From the NCBI GenBank assembly GCA_000004985.1, contig GG738862.1: 64,000 nucleotides of DNA. The stretch is one strand, 5' to 3'. Source of the DNA: Naegleria gruberi. Lineage: Eukaryota. Shown piece by piece: positions 40,232 through 50,628 of this stretch; positions within the stretch are counted from its first letter, which is position 1, and every line of letters starts with the position of its first letter. The notes under the pieces are model-generated. The model made no database searches. It was given only the letters and a program-made list of their open reading frames with translations, and was not told the DNA's origin. The translations under genes were made by a program, and so were the position numbers.

Positions 40232-41800
40232 TTAGAGAACAAAATCGAGCACATCATCTATGAGATTTGAATCAATGATTAATTTCTATAACAAATGTGA
40301 AAAATATGATAAGGCCATTGAATTATTTGATAGCGTTCCAAAAGATAGAGTAGATACGACATCATATAATTGTGTAATTCAATCCTATATTGGAAAAGGT
40401 GATTTAAATGGAGCAATAGAAATACTTGCTGAAATGCAACATCTAAATATTTTACCTAACTCTACAACATTGCTATTATTTTAACTGCTTGTGCTGACAG
40501 CAAGAATTATGAGCAAGGATTGAGGGTGTTGAATATAGTTGGAGAGAACAAACTTTCAAGTAATCATTAGATAACCTCAATGATTAATTTCTATAACAAA
40601 TGTGAAAAATATGATAAGGCCATTGAATTATTTGATAGCGTTCCAAAAGATAGAGTAGATACGACATTATCACAATTGTGTAATTCAATCCTATATTGGA
40701 AAAGGTGATTTAAATGGAGCAATAGAAATACTTGATGAAATGCAACATCTAAATATTTTACCTAACTCTACAACGATGGCTATTATTTTAACTGCTTGTG
40801 CTGACAGCAAGAATTATGAGCAAGGATTGAGGGCGTTGAATATAGTTGGAGAAAGCAAACTTTCTAGTACTCATTGATGACCTCAATGATTAATTTCTAT
40901 AACAAATGTGAAAAATTTGATAAGGCCATTGAATTATTTGATAGCGTTCCAAAAGATAGAGTAGATACGACATCATATAATTGTGTAATTCAATCCTATA
41001 TTGGAAAAGGTGATTTAAATAGAGCAATAGAAATACTTGATGAAATGCAACATCTAAATATTTTACCTAACTCTACAACGATGACCATTATTTTAACAGC
41101 TTGTGCTGACAGCAAGAATTATGAGCAAGGATTGAGGGTGTTGAATATAGTTGGAGAAAGCAAACTTTCTAGTACTCAGTTGATGACCTCAATGATTAAT
41201 TTCTATAACAAATGTGAAAAATTTGATAAGGCCATTGAATTATTTGATAGCGTTCCAAAAGATAGATTAGATACAAGTTTTCACAACTGTTTAATTCAAT
41301 CCTATATTGGAAAAGGTGATTTGGATAGAGCATTTAGTATTTTTAATCACATGAAGGAATACTGTTCTATTCAACCTATTATCCCTGATACAACTACGTA
41401 TTTGGTGTTATTGACAGGTTGTGCAGACAGAGAATCTCTGAGCAAGGATTGAGGGTGTTGAATATAGTTGGAGAAAGCAAACTTTCTAGTACTCAGTTGA
41501 TGACCTCAATGATTAATTTCTATAACAAATGTGAAAAATTTGATAAGGCCATTGAATTATTTGATAGCGTTCCAAAAGATAGATTAGATACAAGTTTTCA
41601 CAACTGTTTAATTCAATCCTATATTGGAAAAGGTGATTTGGATAGAGCATTTAGTATTTTTAATCACATGAAGGAATACTGTTCTATTCAACCTATTATC
41701 CCTGATACAACTACGTATTTGGTGTTATTGATAGGTTGTGCAGATTTAGTATCTCCAACCAAAGGAAAAACATTAATTAAAGAGATACAAGAAAAACAAC
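39960..41800 (+). repeat. intragenic tandem array, six ~304-316-bp units (about 3 PPR motifs each)
   Basis: Units start near 39970, 40274, 40578, 40876, 41182 and 41498 (...CAATGATTAATTTCTATAACAAATGTGAAAAAT...). Units 2 and 3 carry stops and 1-bp indels relative to units 4-6; units 5 and 6 are near-identical. Confidence 0.8.
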
Positions 41801-42828
41801 TAGATAGTTCTGAGATGATCAAATCTGCAATGTTGACATTCTATTCCAAAACTTGCAACCAGAAAAAGACAACCGAAATATTAACAGATATACTAAGCAG
41901 CAACCCCTCCATTATGTCATATAATTGTATTTTAGCAAGTTATGCTCGTCATGGACAGGGTAAAAAAGCTTTGAATTTATTCAAGTCTATGGTTAAAAAC
42001 AGTGTACAACCTAATGGAGATACTATCACAATTATTTTGAATGCCTTGTCACATAGTGGAATGGTTGAAGAGGCCATAAAGATTTACAGCACAATAGAGA
42101 CACTCAAAATAATCCCATCACCATCCCATAAAACAGTAATGGTTGATGTTTTTGCGAGGGCTGGATTATTTAATGAAGCTGAACAGCTCATTGGAGACAG
42201 TACTGAGGCAATACTATGGCGAACACTCATGGCAGGATGTAGAAAGCATAATAATATAGAGATAGCAGAAAAAATATTCGAAATTTTAACAAAAATAGAA
42301 CCAACCGATCCATCTCCTTACATACTGCTATCAAATATTTACATGTTTAAAGGAAATAATACTAAGGCAAGTGAAATAAGAGGTTTGATGGTACAACAAG
42401 GCATTAAAAAAATTCCTGGAATTGTTTATAGTGAAGATAAAGGTACAACCTATCAATTCATTTCTGGTTCCAGTAATTACCCATTGTTTACAGAAGTGGA
42501 GAATAAGCGAAAAGAGATTTATCAAAAAATTATTGGTGCTGGTTATGTATCAGATACTAGATGGGTTACAAACGCTCAACTAATATCTGAGGAGGAAAAG
42601 ATTGATTCTTTATGCAGACACGCAGAAAAAATAGCAATCTCCCATGCTTTTGTTTTGCAACCAAATAGAAAAAAGATACTTTTAACAAGTAATTTGAGAG
42701 TTTGTAATGACTGTCACAATGCCATAGCTTACATTTCAAAAGAAATGAATGTGGAAATAGTTGTAAGAGATGCAAACAGATATCATCACTTCAAAAATGG
42801 TAAATGTAGCTGCAATGATTATTGGTAA
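41419..42828 (+). CDS. PPR-E-DYW protein, C-terminal segment (DYW cytidine-deaminase-like domain)
   Basis: The C-terminus HAEKIAISHAFVLQPNRKKILLTSNLRVCNDCHNAIAYISKEMNVEIVVRDANRYHHFKNGKCSCNDYW matches the plant DYW domain (HSEKLA..NLRVCGDCH...EI.VRD..RFHHF.DG.CSCGDYW). The preceding E/E+ region reads IPGIVYSEDKGTTYQFISGSSNYP...GYVSDT. Upstream PPR/TPR-like repeats continue back into the tandem array. Confidence 0.7.
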   Translation: MCRQRISEQGLRVLNIVGESKLSSTQLMTSMINFYNKCEKFDKAIELFDSVPKDRLDTSFHNCLIQSYIGKGDLDRAFSIFNHMKEYCSIQPIIPDTTTYLVLLIGCADLVSPTKGKTLIKEIQEKQLDSSEMIKSAMLTFYSKTCNQKKTTEILTDILSSNPSIMSYNCILASYARHGQGKKALNLFKSMVKNSVQPNGDTITIILNALSHSGMVEEAIKIYSTIETLKIIPSPSHKTVMVDVFARAGLFNEAEQLIGDSTEAILWRTLMAGCRKHNNIEIAEKIFEILTKIEPTDPSPYILLSNIYMFKGNNTKASEIRGLMVQQGIKKIPGIVYSEDKGTTYQFISGSSNYPLFTEVENKRKEIYQKIIGAGYVSDTRWVTNAQLISEEEKIDSLCRHAEKIAISHAFVLQPNRKKILLTSNLRVCNDCHNAIAYISKEMNVEIVVRDANRYHHFKNGKCSCNDYW

Positions 42829-43238
42829 TCTTCTTATTAGTGAGAGATTCTGTTCTATTGAATTTTTCGAAGAGCTTTTGTTTTTTTTTTGTTTATTCAA
42901 TTTCTAACTCAGCAAGTGATCAATCAAAGAATCAATTTCTTGCATCAATTTGTTAGAAAGTTTCATTTTTCTTTCTCCTTTTAAAATCACAATGATAACA
43001 ATACTACAATCGTAAATGCTTTTGTTTCTCTCAAACGAAATGGCAACTGAGAATGGTAGAATAAATCCTTCTGAAACATAATATGCATACACCAACTCCA
43101 ACGACTGAAAACTGATCCATTAATTGAATTGACAAATACTGTTTCTTCGATATTCAATCTATCGAAACAATACAAATCCAAAATCAATGCTCTTCTTCCT
43201 TAATAATCTGTTGCTTCCGCTCTTTTATTTTGTAAGGA

Positions 43239-44334
43239 TCATGTTAAATCTTCATCATCAATATTTGTTTTCATTGTTTGAGAAAACAATTCGTTATTAA
43301 TTTCAGAACGCAACTTTTTTTGATTAATCTCCCAGATGGAAACATTTTGAGGTGATTCAGTAGTTCTTAAATGTTCTAGGCATGCACTATAACATTTGCA
43401 TAGGCAGGTTGAGTGGAAAATGACTTGGTTGAGGGATATTCTGTCTTTCACTTCATTTAGTAGTTCTATTGCTGTGGAAAGAGTTTGTTTTACAATTTCC
43501 AAAGAATGTGAATTTGTTTCTGCAATGTGAATACAGCAATCAGTGAACTCTGCCAATGGAAATTGAATTGTAGCATCCCTTTCGTCAAATGCTGAAACGA
43601 ACGTAACATTTGCACTGTGCTTCCAGTAAACAAATCTAAACATTTTAAAAGCATGTTCCAGAATGGTTGTCATTTGGGATTCAGCACATATTGAGGGATC
43701 ATATGCCCTTGCTAACATAACTAATTTGTAGAGTAGAGCAGGAATATGCGCAGATTGGGGTTGAAGGTGGTTTAAAGAAATAAATATTGCAATGAAGAGC
43801 TGCCAGAAAAAACTCTTGGGTGAGTGAAGGGAAACCAGTGTTGGAAGATGTCATCTCTTCATATAAACGAGAAATAGTATAAAAAACTGAGGTACTGGGA
43901 TGATTCATCTTGAACTTGTTGAGATTTGAAACAAAATTAGTCCATTCCTTGAAAAACTCTGAAGACTTTTTACCACCAGTATCGTGAAAGAAAGCATTGG
44001 AAGTAATGGCCATTGTGACTTTATCAATAACATCCATAGACAAAGGATTTGGATACGTACAAAGAACAGAGCTCGTAGAAACAATGGCTGATTCGATATT
44101 GTCCAAATTGATGAGTGTTTCAATCTTGGATTTTTCTAATTCGCTTAATGGGAAAAAGATGTCTATTTCTCCCTTGATGTGATCCTTATTTTTGTTGGTA
44201 TTAGTTTTTAATAAATTAATAAATTGGCCACCATCAATAGGAGTTCTGCTTAATATTTGTCCGTCTACCCGGTCCTGTCTCAGCATCATGCTTTCATCAT
44301 CATGGACTAACCGTGGTGGTGCTCTTTCATACAT
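43239..44334 (-). CDS. hypothetical protein encoded by two overlapping same-strand ORFs (frame disruption near 43700-43720)
   Basis: ORFs 43699..44370 and 43239..43718 overlap in frames 0 and +1, and both frames are open across about 130 nt. The first ATG is at 44334 (MYERAPP...). No canonical GTAAGT intron is visible, so this is a frameshift, an unconventional intron or a sequence error. Confidence 0.4.
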
Positions 44335-44487
44335 TTTTTTCGATTTATTTAAATCAGCACCATGAAACAAGTTTCTTCTTTTTCAATGATTTTTAATTTG
44401 GTTGAAATAGTATGTAAATTAAGGACCCTCGGAAATAACAGTATTCATCATGAATTTATTTATTTCATTATCTTATCTCAATTTAGA

Positions 44488-45543
44488 TTACAAATTCAAG
44501 ACAATGCTAACAAGTTTGACAGCTTCCTCTGATTGTGGTAAACTAGTTACCAAAGCATTACTTGGTTGCATTTCATGACTCAAATTATAAACACAACTCA
44601 TTCCACAAAAATCAATTCCACATTCATTTCCAATTCGATTGCAAGCCACAAAATATGGAAATTGCTCTTTGGTAGAAATCATGGGTTGTAATCTATCCAA
44701 CCAATACTCGAGACAATCAGTTGAAAACCAATTACACATGAATACCAATACATCAGATCCAATTTCCTTATGGAAAGTGGTCAATTCTCTCAAATTAATG
44801 TCAGTGCAATAATTTGTTCCATTGTCAATATCCATACAAATTCCAACACCAATTCGAATATTTTCTCTATCCATTCCTGTTGGTTTATCCATGGTAGAAG
44901 TGTCGTGTGTGAGAATGCAACGCTCATTCAAGGAATAATCAAATGCTTTGAATGTATCACCTTCCTCTGCCCACACAGTATCCGCCTCAAAAAGGAAATG
45001 TTTTCTGTAGGTCACATAATTACCATTATGTGAAATCACATACATTGAATTATACAATTTACAATTGGATAGCTCATCCTTTCCATCTTGAATCAATTCC
45101 TTTTCTGGAAATCCCAAAAAAACAGTGCAATTGAATTTCTTGGCAAGTGCAAGTCCATATTCGAAATACTCTCCACCAGGACCAGATCTCTCACAGAATG
45201 GAAAGATATCCTCCCTATCTTTGAAAACATAGCCAGAGAGTGTCATTTCTGGAAAGACGAGAAAATCAATTAATTTCGAATCGAGTGGAGAAAGCATGTG
45301 TGAAATGTGTTCCTTGTTAATGTCTATTTGTTTGAATTTTATATCGCATTGACAAATGGCAACGTTTAGTGTGATTTTGCTGTTGCTGTTGGCGTGATGC
45401 AGGGAAGTATCTGATGCTGACATTTTTTTTATTGTGAACTCCGGTTGAAACTCCTTGTTGGATGCTGAAATTGTGTGGAAAAGCATCCACCAATCTGCAT
45501 TTTCAGGTTTTATCGTATTTTGAATGCTGTGGATTACAGTCAT
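44488..45543 (-). CDS. carbon-nitrogen hydrolase (nitrilase superfamily; Nta1-like amidase branch possible)
   Basis: ATG at 45543-45541. Putative Glu-Lys-Cys triad: FPEMTLSGY (Glu), YRKHFLF (Lys), GVGICMDI (Cys). 351 aa, single exon. Confidence 0.7.
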   Translation of the reverse strand: MTVIHSIQNTIKPENADWWMLFHTISASNKEFQPEFTIKKMSASDTSLHHANSNSKITLNVAICQCDIKFKQIDINKEHISHMLSPLDSKLIDFLVFPEMTLSGYVFKDREDIFPFCERSGPGGEYFEYGLALAKKFNCTVFLGFPEKELIQDGKDELSNCKLYNSMYVISHNGNYVTYRKHFLFEADTVWAEEGDTFKAFDYSLNERCILTHDTSTMDKPTGMDRENIRIGVGICMDIDNGTNYCTDINLRELTTFHKEIGSDVLVFMCNWFSTDCLEYWLDRLQPMISTKEQFPYFVACNRIGNECGIDFCGMSCVYNLSHEMQPSNALVTSLPQSEEAVKLVSIVLNL

Positions 45544-46084
45544 ATTCAATGTTCAATTTTATGATGATGGAAAAATGTATTTCATTCCGAGAGATATTTC
45601 ATTTGAACTGATAGAAATAAATTGATGGGAGGAGGTGTTGCTGAACAAACCATGTGTCAAATAAGAGAAGAGTCAAGAAGAAGAAATTCTGTCAAGTGAA
45701 CACATGTGTTGTAAACTCATGATGGAACCCACTACGATTTTCTGACATGTCCAAATAATTGTAGTTCAATTACAACAGTATAATGCAATTTACAAAAGTG
45801 AGTGACATACCTACCATTTATCTAATTTGTTGCCAATCATGTCCAAATTTATTCTGTCAATTGTCCAAACCTTACTCAACCACCAATGAGATTGAAGTGT
45901 CATGGACAACGATAGTTCCAGCGTTTGTCCTTGTTCTGCAACATTCTATCCATTACAATATGCAGCTCTGGTGAACTTTCCACTGCGCCATTCTCGTGTC
46001 CATCATCGCTTTCGAATAAAAACTGCAGCAAATCTCACAAAATTTCACAACAAAAAAAAACAAAAACCAATCAATCATAAAAAG

Positions 46085-46483
46085 ATGCCACAACAATTCC
46101 TCATTGTCCTCGAAAAATGTGTCGAACAAGATGACGGCAGCAATGAAATCTGGTCTCAATTCAAGTGCAGCGACTCTGTTTTCGAATATGTTTTTGGAAT
46201 CGAATATCCAACAGGAACCACAGCTGGCGAAAGAATTGCCAGAATTCCAACCAGTGGCGCCAATTTAGATTTGTACGCTGGAATTGAGAGAATTTTCAAT
46301 AAGAATGGACAAGTTGTCTCCAAACTTAAGGGAATCATGACAAATGGTTCTTGGACTTTATTCCAATTGTTGAGTGATAAGGGATTCAAGTTGGCTGAAC
46401 AACGTAATTATGATGTTGTGCAATTTTGTTCAACTCTTAATGGAAGAAAGTTGGTTGAGAGAATTTTTGTTAGAGATTTGTAA
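46085..46483 (+). CDS. small hypothetical protein (132 aa)
   Basis: ATG at 46085 (MPQQFLIVLEK...); the ORF-track start at 45902 is upstream. No confident family assignment. Confidence 0.4.
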   Translation: MPQQFLIVLEKCVEQDDGSNEIWSQFKCSDSVFEYVFGIEYPTGTTAGERIARIPTSGANLDLYAGIERIFNKNGQVVSKLKGIMTNGSWTLFQLLSDKGFKLAEQRNYDVVQFCSTLNGRKLVERIFVRDL

Positions 46484-46523
46484 ATCAATGATGCAAAGAA
46501 TAAATAGTTTAGTTTCGAATATT

Positions 46524-46562
46524 CACTACGAGCCAACGAGCTAAGAAATGTCGTCGAGCTGT
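46524..46562 (+). repeat. left terminal inverted repeat of candidate element
   Basis: CACTACGAGCCAACGAGCTAAGAAATGTCGTCGAGCTGT. The outer 13 bp and inner 13 bp are perfectly inverted-complementary to 50629-50657. Confidence 0.6.
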
Positions 46563-46715
46563 GAAATATTTTCGCAATTATTAAAAAATAAAAATGGTGA
46601 GACCTTTCAATACTTTCATTCTCAATTTAGAGACATGAAAAACAAATTTAGTCATTATCCGCCAGTATAAAAGCTAACAAAACAACATGTGCAACAATTA
46701 AACAACAAAACAAAT

Positions 46716-47357
46716 ATGACCAGGAACAACAACAATAATAAGAGGAAGAGTAGTGATAGTAGTGGAAAACAGAAGAAGAGGAAGATACAAACTGGGGAAT
46801 TACCATCATCAATACCTTTGGATTCAAGAGATGGAGAAGGAGAAGTGGATTTCATTTTGGAATCAGGAGATTTTGAATATAAACCGGAATATGAGGAGTG
46901 GAATCAAGTACCATCGGAAAAGCAATTAGTTTTTAGTGTTATTTGGGGAGTTTTTGCTAAATGTGCAAGATGTAAAATCAATCAACATTTGGATATGAAT
47001 GCTAGTTGTACAATTAATCATGAAACTCTTGGATCATGTGCACATCAAGTATTTTATTTGATGATGAAGGACTCAAAGGGAGAATTTCGTAGATGGTATC
47101 AGGATGTTTGGTGGAATGGTATTAGAAAAAGAAGCAAATGTATTCAATTTATATTCCGAAATTGTTTACCGAATTTTGATAAATATGATGATTGGGGAAT
47201 GGTATTAATATTGCACACCAACAACACATCTCAATTTGGAACACTCAAATGTAGACAACAAATGAATATTACTAGAATGTCAATAACTTGTAATATTGAA
47301 ACAGGAGAGGTTTGGAGTTCTTTTAGATTCAAGAAGTCAATTGAGAAAGTACGATAA
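46716..47357 (+). CDS. Cys/His-rich hypothetical protein (213 aa) inside candidate element
   Basis: ATG at 46716; the ORF-track start at 46689 is GTG. N-terminal KR-rich NLS-like tract. Contains CARCKINQHLDMNASCTINHETLGSCAH. Confidence 0.45.
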   Translation: MTRNNNNNKRKSSDSSGKQKKRKIQTGELPSSIPLDSRDGEGEVDFILESGDFEYKPEYEEWNQVPSEKQLVFSVIWGVFAKCARCKINQHLDMNASCTINHETLGSCAHQVFYLMMKDSKGEFRRWYQDVWWNGIRKRSKCIQFIFRNCLPNFDKYDDWGMVLILHTNNTSQFGTLKCRQQMNITRMSITCNIETGEVWSSFRFKKSIEKVR

Positions 47358-47389
47358 CAACTTGTCAACCAACAATCAACAAATAAAAT

Positions 47390-49123
47390 ATGTCAGCATC
47401 CTTTAAATCTGACGTTCGTAAAATTGCTTTAACAATACCTCCCGAGTTGAACAATGATTCATTTCCTTCCATCCTACTTTTTTGTGTGTGTCAGCTCATG
47501 CTGAAATGTATTACAATAGAAGTACTCGAAAATATTTTGCTAAGTGCTTTTATTAATATTTATTTACCAATGATGACAAACAATAATGAACGCAACAAAC
47601 CTCTTGGCTGGGAAATTATTGATGATGATGATGTTACATCTCAACATAATTCGGAAGCAAGTATTGACATTGTTTCATTGTTAAGACAAGCAAGTGATGA
47701 AGTACAAAATATTGAACAAAGTGAGGATGTAGAGCATTCCCAACAAACAAGAAAACAATCAACAAGCAAGAAACCAAAAGCACCAAAACAGGTGCCAATT
47801 TTATACACTGATATTTTGGATAATTATACTGATTTTTCGTTTTTAAAATATAAATTAACTGGAGATGCAATTATTGAGGATGGAAGAGTTAATAGAACTA
47901 AGAGCAAATCTAAGCCAGTAGCAATTTGTAATATGGATCATTTCGGATTTTCAAAAAAAGATTTGTTTAGAAAATCTTGTAAACATTTCGTTGAATCTAA
48001 GCCCCATCTAAATTTAATATCAGCTAACAATAATTCTATTAAAAGCATCAAACTATTTAATATTAATGAAATGAAACAGAGTAAGGATATAAAATTTAAA
48101 GATAAAGAAGTTCTAGGAAGATTCTTATTTGGAATTGAATTGGCTGGATTAAATCATGGAATTAATGGATTTGAACATTTTATTCATTTGATTGCATATT
48201 TATTTAAGGATGAATTTATTCATGCCATTGGAACATATGATTACAAGGATAAAATTTTAAAAAAAGTAAAAGAATTACCAATTCAGGAACATTTAGAAAG
48301 TCTTAATGAATATATTGAGATGTATGAAAAAAAAACATTTCCAATAATATCTCCACTGAAATATATTGAAGAAGAGCAACATCAGGATTTGGATAGTGAA
48401 GAAGATCAAAATGAAGAACATGAACATTTTAATGAATTTAATACTGGAGTGGTTTCAACAACAAAGAAACATTCAAAGGAAAAACAACAACCACAAAAAG
48501 AAACAAATATTGAAAATGATGATAATGAATGGCATGATATAGATAGCTCAATGGATGACGATGTTGAAGAGGTAGTTAATATTGTTGAACAATCACGTGT
48601 AGATGTAGTCAATAATGAATCAAGTAAATTTACATTTACTAAAAAAATGGTTAGAGATATTTATGGAAAACAAGAATCCAGAATGTCATGTTTGAATTAT
48701 TCTAAATTTTCCAAAATAACTGAATCAGACAACACCAAAGACTCAGTTTTAAGAAAAGCAACAGCTATTTTGAATATACAAACTCTTTTAAAATTTGGAG
48801 TTCAGGTTGATGAAGAAAATTCAATAGTTGTCGCGAGCATGCTCAAGGTGTTGGAAGAATCAATAAGGTACCACATTAATTGGATTAAGGAAGCCGAAAA
48901 AGATGAAACTTTGAGCAAAAAATTGAAAAAAGAGGATTTGGAAATAGATTTAAAAGTATTTTATTTCAAATTAAATCTAGATGAAGCCTCAGGTACTGTT
49001 ACATTCGCTATTCAATTATTGAATGGAAAATCTCATGGAAATCCCGAATCGAGATTAAATGTGACAACACTAGCTGCCTGGCGTGGAGGCGAAGAGAAAA
49101 TGAGATCGAAAGTAGTAATGTAA
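47390..49123 (+). CDS. hypothetical 577-aa protein inside candidate element (possible transposase / accessory; acidic central region)
   Basis: ATG at 47390, 33 nt after the stop of the previous ORF. The stop at 49121-49123 lies 12 nt before the Tet ATG. No DDE triad recognisable by eye. Confidence 0.5.
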   Translation: MSASFKSDVRKIALTIPPELNNDSFPSILLFCVCQLMLKCITIEVLENILLSAFINIYLPMMTNNNERNKPLGWEIIDDDDVTSQHNSEASIDIVSLLRQASDEVQNIEQSEDVEHSQQTRKQSTSKKPKAPKQVPILYTDILDNYTDFSFLKYKLTGDAIIEDGRVNRTKSKSKPVAICNMDHFGFSKKDLFRKSCKHFVESKPHLNLISANNNSIKSIKLFNINEMKQSKDIKFKDKEVLGRFLFGIELAGLNHGINGFEHFIHLIAYLFKDEFIHAIGTYDYKDKILKKVKELPIQEHLESLNEYIEMYEKKTFPIISPLKYIEEEQHQDLDSEEDQNEEHEHFNEFNTGVVSTTKKHSKEKQQPQKETNIENDDNEWHDIDSSMDDDVEEVVNIVEQSRVDVVNNESSKFTFTKKMVRDIYGKQESRMSCLNYSKFSKITESDNTKDSVLRKATAILNIQTLLKFGVQVDEENSIVVASMLKVLEESIRYHINWIKEAEKDETLSKKLKKEDLEIDLKVFYFKLNLDEASGTVTFAIQLLNGKSHGNPESRLNVTTLAAWRGGEEKMRSKVVM

Positions 49124-49135
49124 TATTTTAAATTT

Positions 49136-50526
49136 ATGATTGAGGCTACTAGAGCTAACGGAGTAATTGTTGATGGGAAAACATACAAAGTTGACTATTT
49201 AATGACAACTGATTTATTATCCTTGAAAAATATTAGTAGATTAATGTTTAAAAGAATGTGCCCATATTGTTTGAGTCTTTCAACATTATGTGATAGAAGA
49301 CATGTATTGAGAGCAAAAGAAGAACTTTCATGTATTTTATCTATTCCTCCCTCAAAGATAGTAATTTGTTTCCTCCATTTAAGGGAACGAATCATGGAAA
49401 GACTGTTAATAGATTCAATATTGACAATGAGTAGTACGAGAAAATTTTTGAAGACGTTGAAATCAATTAAGAATTTTCAGAACTTTTCATTGCGTCAACT
49501 TAACACCAAAAAAGGAATATTATATAGATGTTACTTGATAGGAAATATGGTTAAATCATTGTTAAAAAGTCTTATTGTTATCAAGAAATTTATCAATCCA
49601 ATGCAATATGAATTGATGACCAAATTTAAACGAGTAGTGGATTTGTTGAACGTAAAGGAACGAATGGATGATGAACAGTATGAAACTTTTATGAAAGCTC
49701 TCAAAGATATGCAACAATCATATTGCAGATTATATGTTAATGGTCCTAAAAGTTGGTACATGCACATATTGTTTCATCATGTTCCAAGTTTATTGAAAAT
49801 GTACGGCTCCTTAAAGCCATTTGAAACTCAGGGTTTTGAAGGTAAGTAATCATTAACTTTAATATTAATTGTAAACAGGAGCTCACATTGACGATAAAGA
49901 TCTATTGGAAAAAACCTCTCATAATGGAGGAAGAAAATCATATTTGCACTTTATGTTTCCAAACTTTAAAGATATAATGTTAATCCAATTTATTTTACCT
50001 AGATTAAGGAAATTGTTAATTTGTAACGAGTATGGTTTTAAATTTGACTGTAGTAAAAGAGATTCTAAATTGGTAAGGCAATTTCTTGATGAGCCCTATC
50101 CTGATATACTTTGTGAATATTCTCATTTATTGGAAAGAAATGATGATCAAATGTGTGATGACGAATGTTGTCAAAATAATTGATTCACATAGAATTATTA
50201 AAGCTCATAGGGATAATCTTGATGTAGGAGTTAGTATATTGTTTTATTTCGGATCGTATCTTGAAAATGAAGGTTATTTGGAGTTAACTGATAAAAATTG
50301 CAAAATATATTGCAGACCTGGAGATGTAGTGATATTTAAAGGAAATATTTATAAACACAAAGTTAATAATATTTCAACAGGATTTAGGATAGGAATTGTT
50401 TATTTCACACATAAGGGAAACAAGTCAAAACCATACTATGAAACAACGCAACGAGCCTCTTTGAAGCAACACAGAGAGTTGTTTCCTAACGAGAAGCCAA
50501 AGAAAAAGAAGAAGACAAATAAATAA
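49136..50526 (+). CDS. Tet/JBP-family 2-oxoglutarate/Fe(II) dioxygenase (NgTet-like), 3 exons, ~432 aa
   Basis: Model: join(49136..49841, 49879..50022, 50078..50526).
- Intron 1 (49842-49878, 37 nt): GTAAGTaatc...gtaaacag, phase 1.
- Intron 2 ends at the AG at 50076-77. Its donor is GTAACG at 50023 (55 nt); the alternative is GTTTTA at 50035 (43 nt). Both are phase 1 and both keep the total divisible by 3.
- Catalytic motifs: H-R-D (SHRIIKAHRDNLDVGVSILFYFGSY), distal His (GDVVIFKGNIYKHKV) and 2OG-binding Arg (GFRIGIVYFTHKG).
- The C-terminal half is near-colinear with NgTet1 as I recall it (YLELTDKNCK; KPYYE.TQ..SLK.H.E). Confidence 0.65.
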
Positions 50527-50628
50527 ACGAACTTCATTCCTATCAATGTCAAAAATTTATTTGTTGTTTACATTCTAAAGAGAACATCCCTTCCAAAAAA
50601 AATTTACCTTCTACTTGTATTCTAATGT

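Noticed and set aside
39960-41800. Regularly spaced ~305-bp repeats that could superficially resemble a CRISPR-like or satellite array
   Set aside because: The units are protein-coding PPR motifs in a eukaryotic intron-containing context. There are no short direct repeats with unique spacers and no cas genes, so it is not a CRISPR array.
50073-50078. GTAAGG at 50073 as the donor of Tet intron 2
   Set aside because: With this phase-0 donor, no downstream AG lies at a codon boundary of the frame that encodes the conserved SHRIIKAHRDNLD motif. Using the AG at 50076-77 as an acceptor with an upstream phase-1 donor keeps the motif and makes the total length divisible by 3.
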